A stretch of DNA of 36,533 bases, from the sequence record DRR378314_128, one strand, 5' to 3'. Shown here piece by piece: positions 35,520 to 36,533 of this stretch. A program made the position numbers and the translations under genes. Each line of letters opens with the position of its first letter. Positions within the stretch are counted from its first letter, which is position 1. Below the pieces are notes generated by a model. That model worked only from the letters and a program-made list of their open reading frames with translations. It was not told the DNA's origin and searched no databases.

Positions 35520-36533
35520 ATGCGTACCCGTGCAGCCGTGGCCGTCCAGGCAGGCAAACCTTTAGAAGTAATGGACGTGAACCTTGAAGGCCCCAAGGCG
35601 GGTGAGGTTCTGGTCGAGATCAAGGCCACCGGTATCTGCCATACTGACGAATTCACCCTGTCTGGTGCGGACCCCGAGGGGTTGTTCCCCGCCATTTTGG
35701 GCCACGAAGGTGCGGGCGTGGTGGTTGAGGTCGGCCCGGGTGTCACCAGCCTGAAGCCCGGCGATCACGTGATCCCGCTTTACACGCCTGAATGTCGCGA
35801 GTGCGAATATTGTCTGCATCCCAAGACCAACCTGTGTCAGGCAATCCGCGAAACCCAAGGTCAGGGGCTGATGCCGGATGGCACTTCGCGCTTTTCGACG
35901 TTGGATGGTGATCCGATCCTGCATTACATGGGCTGCTCGACGTTCTCAAACCATACTGTTCTGCCCGAGATTGCGCTGGCCAAGGTGCGTGAGGACGCGC
36001 CGTTCGACAAAATCTGCTATATCGGCTGTGGTGTAACAACTGGCATCGGGGCAGTGATCAATACCGCCAAGGTCGAGATTGGCAGCCGTGCAATCGTGTT
36101 TGGTCTGGGTGGTATTGGTCTGAACGTGATCCAGGGCCTGCGTCTGGCCGGGGCCGATCAGATCGTCGGTGTTGACCTGAACCCCTCCAAAGTTGAGATG
36201 GCAACCAAGTTCGGCATGACTGATTTCGTCAATCCGTCCGAGGTTGAGGGCGATCTGGTACCCTATCTGGTCAATCTGACCAAGGGCGGTGCAGACTATA
36301 CCTTTGATGCCACCGGTAATGTCGGCGTGATGCGCGCGGCGCTTGAATCTGCTCACAAGGGCTGGGGTGAATCGATCATCATCGGCGTGGCACCTGCGGG
36401 CGCTGAGATTTCGACCCGCCCCTTCCAACTGGTCACCGGCCGTTCATGGCGCGGCACGGCATTCGGCGGCGCACGTGGCCGGACCGACGTGCCCAAGATC
36501 GTCGATTGGTACATGGACGGCAAGATCGAGATC
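35520..36533 (+). CDS. frmA: S-(hydroxymethyl)glutathione dehydrogenase / class III alcohol dehydrogenase; 3' truncated by the window edge
   Basis: Not in the ORF track because there is no stop in the window. The ATG at 35520 gives MRTRAAVA...[31 protein letters not shown]...[13 protein letters not shown]...GLGGIG. Confidence 0.95.
   Translation, partial: MRTRAAVAVQAGKPLEVMDVNLEGPKAGEVLVEIKATGICHTDEFTLSGADPEGLFPAILGHEGAGVVVEVGPGVTSLKPGDHVIPLYTPECRECEYCLHPKTNLCQAIRETQGQGLMPDGTSRFSTLDGDPILHYMGCSTFSNHTVLPEIALAKVREDAPFDKICYIGCGVTTGIGAVINTAKVEIGSRAIVFGLGGIGLNVIQGLRLAGADQIVGVDLNPSKVEMATKFGMTDFVNPSEVEGDLVPYLVNLTKGGADYTFDATGNVGVMRAALESAHKGWGESIIIGVAPAGAEISTRPFQLVTGRSWRGTAFGGARGRTDVPKIVDWYMDGKIEI

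Noticed and set aside
16100-36428. Numerous antisense/alternative-frame ORFs over the iol, ABC, MFS and frmA genes (e.g. 18455..19264, 31232..32023, 35946..36428)
   Set aside because: Shadow ORFs expected in GC-rich coding DNA; no RBS or motif support, unlike the nested mob genes.
1-36533. CRISPR array, IS elements, rRNA
   Set aside because: No regularly spaced repeat-spacer units, transposase ORFs or rRNA-like sequence were seen.

Overview
This is alphaproteobacterial DNA, probably Rhodobacteraceae (inferred from gene content and promoter motifs), in three blocks. (1) 1 to about 14.1 kb is the right part of an integrated mobilizable element or integrated plasmid. Its backbone is a wHTH replication-initiator-like gene with a counter-transcribed small RNA, an oriT-like region, mobC, and a ColE1/MbeA-type relaxase with two genes nested in an alternative frame. 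Its cargo is mostly defence: a 5'-truncated Type IIG restriction-modification fusion, a PUA/EVE-like + GIY-YIG(T5orf172) nuclease, Mrr, a Zn-ribbon membrane protein, an Abi-like HEPN protein flanked on both sides by candidate structured ncRNAs, and an SF1 helicase-PLD fusion resembling Mokosh type II. (2) About 14.1-16.1 kb is an AT-richer islet with an IalB-family gene and an amidohydrolase remnant. (3) 16.1-36.5 kb is metabolic. It holds a LacI-controlled inositol catabolism and ABC uptake cluster with a PhyH-type Fe/2OG dioxygenase inserted between iolD and iolC, an RpoE(ECF11)-promoter-driven lipid-modification cluster, and the 5' part of frmA/adhI. No CRISPR array, rRNA or intact tRNA was seen. 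All calls come from reading motifs by eye; no database searches were run.
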